From Adineta vaga (lineage: Eukaryota; Animalia; Rotifera), in contig CP075496.1 in assembly GCA_021613535.1 (NCBI GenBank), forward strand, positions 8,370,001-8,434,000: a stretch of DNA of 64,000 nt, read 5' to 3'. Shown here in pieces: positions 13,195-26,135 of the stretch; within the stretch, counting starts at the first letter, position 1; every line of letters starts with the position of its first letter. The position numbers and the translations under genes were made by a program. The notes below the pieces were generated by a model. It was not told the origin of the DNA. It saw only the letters and a list, made by a program, of their open reading frames with translations, and searched no databases.

Positions 13195-13486
13195 AGACAA
13201 GAATCTAGTCAATTTTTATTTATGCAAATATAAATGCTATAGATACATACATGTATGCAAGCTTTACTTTTTTAGTGATAGAAATTCAATTGCTGAATAT
13301 TTTATATTTGTTTTTATATATTTCGAATAAATAACTGTCGCGAACTTTAGTACGAACTTGAGTTTTTTTCTTTCAAGAGTACCTATTTATCTGTGATAGA
13401 GACATGAATAAATATCAAGGTGTGCGTGCATCTATTTTGATAATTTTATAGTTTTAAATAAAGATAACTTTTGACAGCCTTTCAAT

Positions 13487-14464
13487 ATGTGTTTCTTACT
13501 TGTTTTCATACTTTGTATTTACATATCCTATCGCGTATATCAACGTGTTTTCCCATCACCAAATATCAATCCAACTGGTAAATATGTATTAATTAGTGGT
13601 TGTGATACTGGTTTTGGTCATGGATTAGCATTAGAATTAGATAAACAAGGTTTCAATGTTCTTGCTGGTATCTACAATCCAAATAATGAAGAAACACTAA
13701 CAAAACTTCTCTCGCCGCGTGCTACTGTATTTAAATTAGATATAACTAAACAAGAAGATATTGATGCTGCTTATGAACTGATAAGTAATAAAACAAAAGT
13801 ACTACATGGATTAGTAAATAATGCGGGTGTTGGTGCTTGTGGATATATTGATTGGGTAACCGTAGATTCGATGCGTAAAGTAATGGATGTCAATTTTTTT
13901 GGACATGTAGCTATGACAAAAAAGTTTTTACCATTACTTGTGGCAAAACGTGATTCACGTGTAGTGAATATTTGTTCAGTTGCTGGTTATTTAGCTGCTC
14001 CAGGAATGGTTGCATATGCTACATCAAAATATGCTTTAGAAGCATTTTCTGACTGTCTTCGACGAGAAATGTCTGTATGGAATCTACGTGTTAGTATTAT
14101 CGAACCAGGTTTTATGAAAACACCAATTGTTGAAGGACATGATGCATTCTTACGTACATTATGGAATGGATTAACACATGATGTTCAAGATCGATGGGGT
14201 GAACAACATTTAGTCAAACAAATGGAAGAAATTTCAAATAATTTTCTAATAAAATATGCTGAGAATCCGAAAAAAGTTGTTAATGTACTAAAACATGCTG
14301 TTATGAATACACAACCATGTATTCGTTATCGACCTGGATGGCAATCAAGTATATTGATGTTTGCATTATCGCGAGGTCCAGCTTGGTTAGCTGATATTAT
14401 TATTGAAAAATTAAACACAGCTGCGGTTAATCCATCTGGTCTATGTACTCAATTACAAGATTAA
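13487..14464 (+). CDS. Short-chain dehydrogenase/reductase, RDH/17beta-HSD6-like (copy 1), intronless
   Basis: N-terminal hydrophobic anchor, SGCDTGFG, LVNNAG, catalytic YATSK, IEPG. Confidence 0.92.
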   Translation: MCFLLVFILCIYISYRVYQRVFPSPNINPTGKYVLISGCDTGFGHGLALELDKQGFNVLAGIYNPNNEETLTKLLSPRATVFKLDITKQEDIDAAYELISNKTKVLHGLVNNAGVGACGYIDWVTVDSMRKVMDVNFFGHVAMTKKFLPLLVAKRDSRVVNICSVAGYLAAPGMVAYATSKYALEAFSDCLRREMSVWNLRVSIIEPGFMKTPIVEGHDAFLRTLWNGLTHDVQDRWGEQHLVKQMEEISNNFLIKYAENPKKVVNVLKHAVMNTQPCIRYRPGWQSSILMFALSRGPAWLADIIIEKLNTAAVNPSGLCTQLQD

Positions 14465-14768
14465 ATTGAATTATTAAATTTCATTTGATTATCGATAGAA
14501 AAAGATTCTTATGTTGCCTTCTGTCGAATAAATAAAAAAAAAATGAAAATGAAAAACGATCTCATAATAGTTCATCAATAGAGTCATAAGAGCGACATCC
14601 TTCATCGAATCACATCCGATTTGTTCATTGTATTTGTCCAATCAAGGAAACATATTCTTTTTTCCTGTTGATCAATTGTCTTTTTTTCTCTTGACATTCT
14701 TCAGACGAAGAAAATCATCCATTGTTGTAGAAAGTAGAACAACAAAGAAATTCTTTTTTAAACAAACT

Positions 14769-15774
14769 ATGGCCGATCTATTTGACTTGAACCTGATTTC
14801 AAATCGAGATACATCGAAATCTCGACGTACTTATTCTCAAAGAAATGTTTCTTCACTTCAACTTGAACTAACGAAAAATCGTAAAATGATCAATATGAAA
14901 ACAGCAAAAACAACGATACTCAATCGAACACTTAGTTTCAAACCAATGTCAGAAACAAGGTTTGAATTCTGTCGTTCCTTTTTTTTTAAAGTCATTGTTT
15001 TATTTCTTCAAAATTTAGTTCATCATTAGCAAATGTTGAAAATACACCGATGAAAAAACTTTCATCCGAACTGAATAAATCTTCGACAACACAAGAAATC
15101 ATTGAAGAAACACCGATTAAGAATGATGATGTTGAAAATACAATTGTTTCATCCGATAAAATGATGCGTGATATTCAACGATTATCTCTTCGTCTTCGTT
15201 CAACTATTCCATGTAAGAATTTATATTTCATTGCAAATTCTAGCAACTATTCATTATTGAACAAAGTCTATGATTGACAATGAACTACATGTTTTTTTTT
15301 CTTCTAATTTCTGTTTTAGTACTCGATATTCATGTTTCTAGTAGTCAATCGACAAAACCAGCTACTCTTCATTTGTCTCAAGTAGTTAATCGTGTATCAC
15401 GCTTAATTATGTATTGAGACATTTTGTTAGAGAAGCACAAAAATATCCACTCAAACTTAATGAAATACAAATATCCACTGAACCTGTTTCATCATCCCAA
15501 TCACATGAAAGTATGTTTTATTTTCGTTTAATACATCTTCACAAATCATTGTACATTCGAAGAAGGTCGACGTCGTCTTTTTGTCGACTCTCCAAAACAG
15601 AATACTACAAATTCGATTTCCGAAAATCAACCACCACCACCATCGACAACACCACGAAAAGCCAGTGGTGTTATAAAACAATTATTTGCTTCACCTTCTT
15701 CATCATTCAAACGAACTACATCTTCATCGAATACAAACATTATTATTCATGATAAACGTCAAAAACTTTTCTAA
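14769..15774 (+). CDS. Hypothetical Ser/Thr-rich protein (multi-exon)
   Basis: MADLFDLNLISNRD... continues through short GT-AG introns (~14959-15018, ~15213-15320, ~15511-15563) to ...HDKRQKLF*. No recognisable domain. Confidence 0.5.
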
Positions 15775-15873
15775 TTCATTTATTGTTATTCTCTTTCTTA
15801 TTTTGTTTTATCTTATACGATTAGATATGTAAATAGAATCAATTATCTTGTCTCTTTTGTTTCTAGATGACTG

Positions 15874-16939
15874 ATGGATACACGTTATCGAGCATTATAT
15901 GGCTCGTTATTATTCGTGTTTTTTATTGTTTGGATTTTATTATTACCTGAACAAATAAATCAATCATATCCACGAATACAACGTTCTATTCCACCAGCTA
16001 AACAGTTTGATTATGTCTTAGAACCTGGTGATGATGTCTGCTCAAACGAAAGAACATTATTGTTAATTGTTTATGTTCATTCAGCAATAGAAAATCGTCA
16101 TCGTCGAGAATCTATTCGTGCAACATGGGCATCACGTTCAACATTTGGAAGACATATACGAGTTTTATTTATGTTAGGTTCAAGTCATAATTCTGAATTG
16201 ATGAAACAAGCTCAGTTTGAATTTGATACATATCGTGATATTGTTCAACAAACATTTATTGATGCTTACCGTAATCTAACATATAAAGGTAATATTAAGA
16301 GAAATCCTTACGTCTATATACATTTTGTATCGATGTTAAATTATTCTAGGAATAATGGCATTAAATTGGATATCACAACACTGTAATCAAGTACGATATG
16401 TATTGAAAACAGATGATGATATGTTAATAAATATGTTTTCTATTTTAAATCATTTATATACTTTAACATATGTTTATCCGAGTGAAACATGGCATTATAC
16501 AATAGCATGTCTTATGTGGAAACGAATGCGTGTTACACGTGATCCATCATCAAAATGGTTTGTTTCATCTGATGAATATCCATACGAACATTTTGCATCG
16601 TATTGTTCTGGTTCCGCTTATTTTATTACTCAAGATTTAATTCAACCACTTTTTCGAACAACTCGTTCAATCCCATTCTTTTGGATTGATGATTATTACA
16701 TAACCGGTCTTTTACCACGTGGCATTCACTCATCAATTCATGTTAATTATTTGTATATAAACTCTCTTTTTGTTGTCAATGTTGATCTAGTTGAACAACG
16801 TTTTCTATCACCCTTTGGTCTTTCCTCATTAGCATTTGCCCATATGCCTTTATCAGTCAATCGTCTTCTACATATTTGGGAATATCTTATGACAAATAGT
16901 CAATCAGCTCAGAAATATCTCAATCGAACTTCTATCTAG
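15874..16939 (+). CDS. Beta-1,3-galactosyltransferase family (GT31), type II membrane
   Basis: N-terminal TM, RRESIRATW, DIVQQTFIDAYRNLTYK, KTDDD, YCSGSAY, IDDYYITG. Intron ~16289-16350. Confidence 0.92.
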
Positions 16940-17385
16940 TCATTACGAATTATCATTTTTCTTTTTATTGTCAACGTATATCTTTTATAGTTTTATTCTT
17001 TTTCGTTTATTTTAAATACAAATAATTAGATAAACAACGAACGTCTATCAATTTTTCAACGTGTCTGCCGATCATCTTGCTACTTTTTCAAATTGTAATC
17101 GAATGGTTAAAACAGAATCTTTCATATTAACAAATCTAACATTATGACAAACAAGATGTTTCTTCTATTTCGTATTAAATCTTACTTAACTTGCTAATTT
17201 CAAGAGCAAAAGGAAAGCTATGAAATATTTGTTAAATCAGTTCATTATGAATCCTATTTCGATGAATTGATCTATCTAAAATATAAAATAAGACAATGTT
17301 TTTCTTACTTATTAGTAATGATCATAATTTTTGAATTGCACATGATTTCTTTTGTTTGACACACAACAAGAGTTGATAGTGCGTA

Positions 17386-17463
17386 TTGTATATTACAGTC
17401 CAAAGAGACGTGAAATATGTTTAAGTCATGATACGTGATCAAACATGTGACTGTAATATACAA
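17386..17463. repeat. Perfect 15-bp inverted repeat with 48-bp spacer
   Basis: ttgtatattacagtc (17386-17400) and gactgtaatatacaa (17449-17463) are exact reverse complements. Confidence 0.8.
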
Positions 17464-18373
17464 AGGGTAATAAGTAAGAAAAGTTATTATCTATAAGGTA
17501 TTGTCTTATTTCGAATAATACATTTTTCTTACCTTTTGTGTAGATATTCTTTTTATAGCTCAACAATAAAACAAATTAGAATAATGTCAACAAAAACAAA
17601 ATACACCTAGCAGTATTATTGCTTAAAATTTGTTCGTACATATTATTATTACATTAAATTTGGTTTTAATAAAATACAAATGTTCATGACTTTCTTACAT
17701 AAATCAGTAAACATCATTAGTTTTTCTTTTTCGAAAGAACTTATCAAAATCAGATTCTCATAGATCAAAAAAGCTAAAACAAAAATAATCTCGCGTCTAA
17801 CTTATAAAAAGAATTTTTAATCCATTGTTGGTATTTCATTTTATGTCTATTATCAGAACAGTTTTCTTTCGATGATTCTAATTACGAATAATTTGTTGCA
17901 TACGATATCATCATCCGTAGTTGAGTTGAACACGGTAATAATCACGATAGAATAGTTTCATCATATCTACATACATTGTGATCATTTACATGAAGTTTCG
18001 AAGTATAGTTAAATTAAAACATAATTCATCAATATTGCTGTTTTTGAATATATCGAACGGTTTGAAAATTCTCCTTGGAAAAAAGAATTTGTCTGATATA
18101 GATAACGCTGTAATTCCATGATAAAGAAAAATCGAAGTATAATAGAAATCTCCTCGAATGACAGAAATACTAATTTTTTTGCAATCGAAAGAAAAATGCA
18201 CTGAAACCCCATTTTCTTTTGTTAATTCAAATGGTATATAGTACGTAATACATCAATTGAAGACAATAGAGTGCATAATTACATTTCAAAATAACGACTA
18301 TCAAAATATGAGTAACATGTAATCAGCAATAATATTAACAAATGTCGTCAAATCATTATATTGGCCATTGTTT

Positions 18374-18636
18374 TGACGTCAATAGAATAAAAATAACGTC
18401 AAAAGGTTTAGCTTTAGCCTTGACTTAAAACAATAGCTATGCATGACTTGCCGTTAGATCACATACCCAATAAGGATGGTGTGATCGAAAAAGAAAACAA
18501 AAGAAGATGATTTCTACTACACCTATTCATCTTCTTATGACGTTAATATTTCTCGAAACTTCATAAACCAATTCGTATTATCTTCACGCTTCGAAAGAGT
18601 ATATAAGGCGAAAGTTTCTCTGCATTAAACCATCAT
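18374..18636 (+). promoter_or_regulatory. Putative promoter with CRE, CCAAT, heat-shock element and TATA box
   Basis: TGACGTCA at 18374-18381; CCAAT near 18468 and 18568; TTCtcGAAacTTC at 18550-18562; TATATAAG at 18600; TCATT initiator-like motif ~30 bp further on; ATG at 18693. Confidence 0.55.
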
Positions 18637-18692
18637 TCGATCATATCTTATCCTTCTTCAATCCTATCATCAAATCAACGATTCAAATAACT

Positions 18693-19680
18693 ATGGCACG
18701 ATCAATTTTGGTTATGTGCATTGTGCTTTCAGCCTTTGTACACATGAATTTAGCTAATACATCGAATACAGTTGGTACACACATTCAAAATGGTGTTTCA
18801 CAAATGTTGGAAACAACTGGAAATCAGATTGATGGTCTCAAAGGAGCATTGAACACAAAAATTAGTGGCATTGCTGATGAAGTTAAACTCACACAAGTAA
18901 CAGCACTTGTTGGTAATCTTAAAAGCGCACTTGGAACACTTCTTTCAAATCTCCAAGGTGTTGCTACTGAAGCTATTTCGGCCGCTGTTGAAACCATTCA
19001 AAATGCTCTTGATGGACTTAAAGGCGTAGTTTCTAATATTGTCACTACCTTAGGCACTCTTATTTCAGCACTTACCGCTGTTGTTCAAAGTCTTCTTACT
19101 GCTGTTGGTGCAATCTTAAATTTACTTGGTAATATTCTTGGTGGTCTTGTTGACGCCCTCACCAGAACATTAGGCGGACTTTCTGTAAGTAAAACGAAGT
19201 TTTCTCTTTCTCATTCATAATATTTATATTTATTAATTATTATATAGAATACACTCGAACAACTCACTACCGCTCTTGTCCGATGGACTCGAAACTCCTC
19301 TTCACACTGCATTAACAACCATCGATGGCGCAGTTGGAACAATCATCGATTTTCTTGAAAATAATGTTATTGCAAAACTCAATACGTTAGACCAAACTGT
19401 TTCTGGCCTTTCAAACACAGTACTTCTTTTACTAGCACAAATCCAACATTTATTAAACGCTATTGTCAACAGTGTTCTCATGACACTCAGCCAAGCGTTA
19501 GTATCGATCCAACAAACTCTTGCCCAAGTTATGGACCACCTTCTTGAAACATTGACTGGTACACTCACCTCACTTCTTGGATGTACAGACTGTCTTGCTC
19601 GAAGCATCACTGGTGGAACTGGTCTTCTTGGTGGAACTGGTCTTCTCGGTCGACGTCGACGAAGTGCCGTCCGATACTAG
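18693..19680 (+). CDS. Secreted Leu/Thr/Gly/Ala-rich amphipathic helical protein of unknown family
   Basis: Signal peptide MARSILVMCIVLSAFVHMNLA. Exon 1 18693-19184, intron 19185-19247, exon 2 to 19680 with an apparent 1-nt frameshift near 19275. Ends GCTDC...GGTGLLGGTGLLGRRRRSAVRY. Confidence 0.75.
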
Positions 19681-20880
19681 ATGTTTCGGAAAGAATCCCA
19701 TCAATCGATCTTACAGCTAAATATGTGACTTCAACTTTATTTTTTTATAATCTTTCCTTATTCAAGCTATCATATTTCTGTACTTTAAAAAAAATTCTTT
19801 GAAATTAATTTCTCAATAAACAAGCGAACATTAAAAAAACTACTTTAATAGTGTGATATACAATGCAGAAAAGACTTTTTTTGCATATGATGATGAAAAT
19901 AATGATGTTCAAAGTCAAAGAATAACTCAAACGTGACAAAATCTTTTTTCAATAAAATCATCTCAATATATGTTTTTTTCTGCAAAAGGATGACTGAATC
20001 TATGCTCTTTTCAATAAACTATTAGCACAAGTCATCTTGTATTTTACATACAATATTTAGTCGTATTGTGAATTCTTTTTTTTCTACTAAAACTTCGTTC
20101 GACCGAAACCTGCCAGAATTCCATTATTCAATCTACTTATTGACTTGTAACAGACATATATTGGTTTTATTTAGTGTTAACGCATGCATGACGAAATATT
20201 ATCTGTAGTTTTGTTCTTTTTTAGACGAACGAGTAACCGAAGTTTTTTAACTCGTGTTATTTTGTTTTTTTTGTGATTATTTGGTACAATGTAGTTTGCA
20301 TCACATTATTTTTCTTCATTTTACGCGTCATTTATAAACCAAAAAAAAATAGTATGAATCATTCATCAATACTGCAACACAGCAAGTTTACGGAATTGGT
20401 AATGCTCCTTATCTAGTGCTACGTAAGAAAGATACGAACAGTATATTTCGATCCTATATGTTCATACCCGTTTCAATGATACTTGCTAGATACATTTTTA
20501 TGATATACAAGAGAAATCCTCGTCGATTTTTCATTCAATCATGAATCAGGCTAGACAAAAATGTATTTACAAGTAGCCAATCAAATCCGTTTGATGTCTC
20601 ATAAATCTTATTAAAGTAATAAAGATGGATCTAAATGTAACGAACCGATCGAAAAACAGCTGAAACGAAAATCTCAATTGTCTTTAGTAGTCTTTCAATT
20701 TCTAGAAATGTTCAAGTTTTCAATGTCACATCTCATAATTTAAATAATTTTCATGCTATTGATCAATTGTGAGTATTTATTAGAAAATTACGTAAAATAC
20801 TAACGATAATCATTCAAATTTTACTCTGTCGCAAGAAAATTGACTTTACAAATTAATAATTGCTAATGCTATATGAATAG

Positions 20881-23797
20881 TTAGGGACAAAGAGCTTTCG
20901 AACGACGAATGATAACACGAGTATCAATTGGAAATGAGAGATGATCACCAAGTTTCAGTGAATTTTGTTGTTGATCATGTTCATATACCAAAGGAACAGA
21001 ATTATGATGATCTTGCGCACTGATAACAACATCATAGTTCTCATTGCCAATGCTTAAATCAATAGAAAACCCTTGATATTTTATACCATGAAAAGCAAGT
21101 TTTTTTGCTTGGCTCGGCAGATGACCACGAGGTTGAAATTCTAATTGTTCTAAAGATAAACGAATACCACCATAACCGAATAGTACTGCCTGTAAAAATC
21201 CACCAGCACCTGTGATAAAATTTACTGCACCAACACCAGATCGAGCTTCTGTCCATACCTATTACAGAGAATAACAAGAATAAAACACGAAGGATATGAG
21301 AACTATGCAAAACTAACATTAAATGGCGGTCGAACATAGGTTTCATAGGAACGACGAAATAATTGTTGAGCTTTTTCAAAATCACCTAATTCAAGAAATC
21401 CAATGGAATGCATTGACCATGTCATAGCTGGTCCATCATCACGTGTCAAATGTTCATATGCTAAGAGATCATTTCGTCTTACTTCCTTACTCATTGGCCA
21501 CATCAATGGAAATCCTAATAGGACAACATCTGCTTGTTTGATCGTTGTATTTTCTAAATAAAATAAAAAACAAAGAAATAGATTTCTTTTGTGAGATTTA
21601 TTCTAATCAATTTATTTACTTAAATCAAAGTTTTCATATTCGAGATGATTGTTAGTTGAATTATCAAATGGGAAATGTAAATTAGATGCAATGTCCAGCC
21701 ATGTTTGAGGTAGATTCTTATCTGTGATACAACTAACATGATCAGCTAATCGAATAGAAAGTGATGCAACTGCATTAGTAAATACAGAATTATTTTTGAA
21801 TGGTTGAGCATCTTCATCAGGTGGTAAAACAGCTTGAGAAAAGCAATAAAGAAAAAAATCCAATTTATTATCAAATGGAAACTTACTCAATATTTCATAT
21901 TGTTTTTTCTCATTATTATAGATCGCTCTTGAACTCCAAAATCGAGCTGTTTCATAAATAAGTTCACCACCTAATTCATTCATTAACCACTGACGATTGC
22001 CTGTCACTGCAATATATTGTCTTGCTGCAAATGCAATATCACCTGTAATATGCATTTGATAGAGACGAACTTCTGGACAACAATCAGGTGTAACATCAAC
22101 ACCTGTTCTTGCACTTTCCCATGGAAATCTTACATAAAATAAATACATAATCACAAAATTAAGAATGCATTAAATACCTCCATCCTTCATAACCAAATAG
22201 CTTAGCATTATCAGAAGCAGAATCACGTAAAGCGATTCGATACGATAATATTTCTTTGGCTAATCTAAAGCAAATAATTAAACAAAACAATCCAATTCTT
22301 CTCTACAATGTTTGCATACTAACGTTGGATAGAAAAGAAGTACTGATGGAAACATCCATGTTTCTGTATCCCAAAATGAATGACCACCATAATCTTCGCC
22401 CAAAAGACCACCACGTGACAGACTACCTGGACTTAAACCATAGAATTGTTTATGTTCACTTTGAGTCGCTAATGGTGGAAGAGAACTTAGAATATAATAA
22501 AAAGCTGAATTAATTTGTCGTTGTAATTCGTCATCTCCAGTAACATGTATATGTCCATTAGACCAAACATCATTCCATCGAGATACATGTGATGATAATA
22601 CGGTATTGGGTTGTCGTTCTTCTGTTGCTATTGATAATATAATCATACTTATTTGTTTTTAAATTTACAAAGTTATAATTACCCAAATCAAAACTTCGCT
22701 TAGCTCGTGATTGATTCTCATCGATAGAAGTGACGAAAAGATATGTTCGAGTTGTTTCATCTTTATCAATTTCTAATCCATCGACAGGTATTGGTGTATA
22801 ATAAACAAATACAGACAATGGTTCGTTTTGAAATTGATTATTTTCTACTTGACGTGTTTTACCGGATAAAAGACTACAGAATATATACAGTCAAAATAGA
22901 TTTTAATCCATTACATACCACTTACATATATTCTTGTTCCCGATGTTCCACTTCTTTAAAATCAATATCAATACTTGTAAGTTGTTCAGCTACATCAATA
23001 GGTACATGAATATTCTTTCCTGAAAGAAATTTTTATCTTTAAATTAATCGAGAGTTTTAATAGAACCTGTAGATTTCAATCGAGTAAGTACGACATGAGC
23101 TAGTAATAATTCGGTATATTCTTGAGAAGCAAAAAGACATCGTTCAATTCGTATTTCATCATTTTCAAGTGTTTCAGTAAATGTTCCTAAGAATAGCATA
23201 AGAGAATGGAAAGAATTATTTTAATACAGAATACAAAACATCGTACCAGATGAAACATTCAACGTATATAAAGCTGAAGATGGATCTATTTGAAATTGCC
23301 AATTAAGTGTACTTGGAATTCGTGCACGATGACTGGTACCTTATATGAAAAAAAATTATAGAAGGAAAACAAAGTCACAAATAAAGATATTAAACAAACC
23401 ATTATCACCATTGTAAAGACCGTTCATATAGATAAAATCACTGAATACTACGGTAGCGATATGACCATTTCCAATATATGGTAGTATACGAAAATCGAGT
23501 GACGAACCATTCGAAGGTAATCTATATGTATATTATTATATTGAACCATATTTATTAAAAAAATTATGCTTACGTATTTGTACTAAATGTTGTAACAGAA
23601 TTAGAATGATCAATCGGAGCTGTTCGAATAAGAATTAATACTGTTGAAATCAATAAGAGAAAAAATAACATGATGATAGATACAATGATAAGTCGTATTT
23701 TGATGCTGTTGTTTTTATGCTCATAACGAGGATTAACATATAAATTATCTGTAAATAGTAATCCTTGAAGAGACTCACACTCATTATTCAACGACAT
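20881..23797 (-). CDS. PGGHG: Glycoside hydrolase family 65, PGGHG/acid trehalase-like, with N-terminal TM
   Basis: Multi-exon. YGLSPGSL, GHSFWDTETWMFP, FPWESARTG, HITGDIAFA, VLPPDE, IKQADVVLLGFP, DGPAMTWSMH, NFITGAGGFLQAVLFGYGG; ends ...SKALCP*. Confidence 0.85.
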
Positions 23798-24861
23798 TTG
23801 TATACAATCAGAATAATAATATTGTTTTCTAAATCCGTTGATCTTGTAAGAAAATTAATCCTATACCATCGTGTGGTTTAAGTAAGTGATAGATGAAATA
23901 CATAAACACATGATGGATATAACGAACAGAAAAATACTTTTTCTTGTCTATTCTTATTAGAGAATACATAGAACGTATCTCTTCTTGTCGTATACGACTG
24001 TTGTAGAGATTTTTTTCTTCCAAACTTATAAGCTATGTGTTACTGTATCAATAGATTTTCCATATGTGATATTACTTTGTTTGCTTAGATATCGAGCAAC
24101 TGTGCAGAATACATACAAGAGTTTTAATGTAAGAAAGTGGATATAAGAATTGAACAGTATTCAACATTCAAATGAGTTGATCGTCATGAAATTATTTTCC
24201 ATTTTGAAAAAATAGAGTTTTTGTAGTTTAGAAACTCGTACTCAAGAGGAAAATCGATATATACATACGATTGCATATGTATTCCCATCTGATCACAAAT
24301 CATTTTTATGATAGAGAAGCATTTTAGTACACCAAAAAGAGATATTCATCAATCACAGCCTTTCTGATTATCTATCATCTTAATTTCTATTTATGAAACA
24401 AGATATAGATAACCAGATTTCTATTAGATTGTTTTACATATTCAACAAGAGAAAATATTCTCCTTGAGTTATAGAACAAAGATGATTGAATTCTGTGTAT
24501 GTTTTTTTCTACCTTCATTTCCTTGTCGTTCTGAAGATAGATAAATGATTTCTCTTGAATTACTATTCCGTCTTTCTTTTTCATGCCAATTATCTTGATG
24601 TAATCAACAATGTTCTACTACAGAACATTCATCCTGGAAAGAGAACAGTTCGCTCTTTCTCAACTGTATCACTTAGTTTCAAGCTTTGTACGAGAATACA
24701 ATTATAGAATCTCATCGTCAACAGATTTTATTCGAAACACCAGAAAATTTTATTGGAATGAAAGAAAAAGATCAATAAACAGGAAAAATGTATCTGATTA
24801 AATTATAACAATGGTAAAGATTAACTAATGAGACATAAATATTTGTAATAATAATATACTA

Positions 24862-26135
24862 TTAACCCTTGCACATTTTTTCGCAAGTTAAATCACCAAA
24901 AAATGGTATTAATTTCATCTTTTGAACTTTTCGTACAGATGAAATCATATCATCTATTGCATAGGTTTTATTGGGCCCATACGGTGATTTCATAATCGAA
25001 TCATGAATTGATTGCCGTCGTGAAGCTTGATGACCAAATCTCCACTCGGATGTTGCACTAATCATATGATAAAAAACAGCATTACTGTTATTAAATGGTG
25101 AAAAGAAAATTTCTGGTCCACATTTATCACATGGAGAAAAATTGCTTTTAATCCATTGAATATCATTATCAATTGAACCCCAAAAAAGATTTGTATCACG
25201 TCCGAGGAAAATTGTTTCTTTCATCCATGAAAATGATGCATTTTCATATTTTAAAAAATATTCAATTGTTTTACCACCGGAATCATAAGCTTGACCGTGA
25301 CGCAGCGTTTGTGATACATCAAAATTATCAATTGTATCGTATAATTGTGGTGCTAAACAAATAAATCCAATCCAACAGAAACGTGCAAATAATGCTGGAT
25401 GTTTTCGACAAACAATATCACGAGAATTTAATAATGTTGTCGAATCAAATGGACTTAATGGAAAAACATCACCATCCAGTAGAAGAATAGCAGTATTATT
25501 GCCAAGATAACGTTTTGCTCGTTGATCAATAGCCCAATTTACTACATTGGTATTTCATCGGATCCACCAGCGTTAGGTTTGTGTTTTTCAGTTGGAAAAC
25601 TATGCAGTTCAGCTTTATGAACCATAGCAACATTATGCATTTCTGCTGATAAAGATCCATCAACAAATAATTCAATAGCAACTAAATCTGTAGCAAGTTT
25701 TCGAATAAGATATAATTGTAGATCAGCTAGAACATGATGTTGAGTATGAAAAAGAAAGACAGCCAAAGTACTTGTTACACCATTATTACTATAAAGACGT
25801 GAAGTTGAAGGAGGTCTTTCGACTAGTAATAATGCTGGATCTAGAGTAGTTGGCCGAGCTGTGGATGCAGTAGTAGTAGTTGATGGAATATGTTTAATAA
25901 TAGTTGTCATATTCATCAAATAATATGAAGTATTAGCAATGATGGTAGTATTAGAAATAGCCATAAACAAATTGATGATTCGACTTCGATTAAAAATTTG
26001 ATAAAATACTTGAAAGGTATTTCGGAATTCATTACGATTGATTTGAAATAGTACATAATAAAATATAAAAGTAAATAATAATAATAATGCTGTTAATTTC
26101 AGATAACTATGACTACTGCCTTCCATCTGAAACAT
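24862..26135 (-). CDS. Putative GT-A-fold glycosyltransferase, type II membrane, intronless, with one frameshift near 25557
   Basis: N-terminal TM plus Thr-rich stem. Adding one base at 'tcc gat ga aat acc' gives a continuous frame ..NTNVVNWAID..ILLLDGDVFPL..FCWIGFICL..YDSGGKTIEYF..MKETIFLG that joins both ORF-track ORFs. DGD is a DxD motif. Confidence 0.65.

Noticed and set aside
6596-14464. ATP-grasp + ABCA + SDR as a biosynthetic gene cluster
   Set aside because: ABCA and the RDH-like SDR are ordinary eukaryotic families, and adjacency alone in a gene-dense genome is not evidence.
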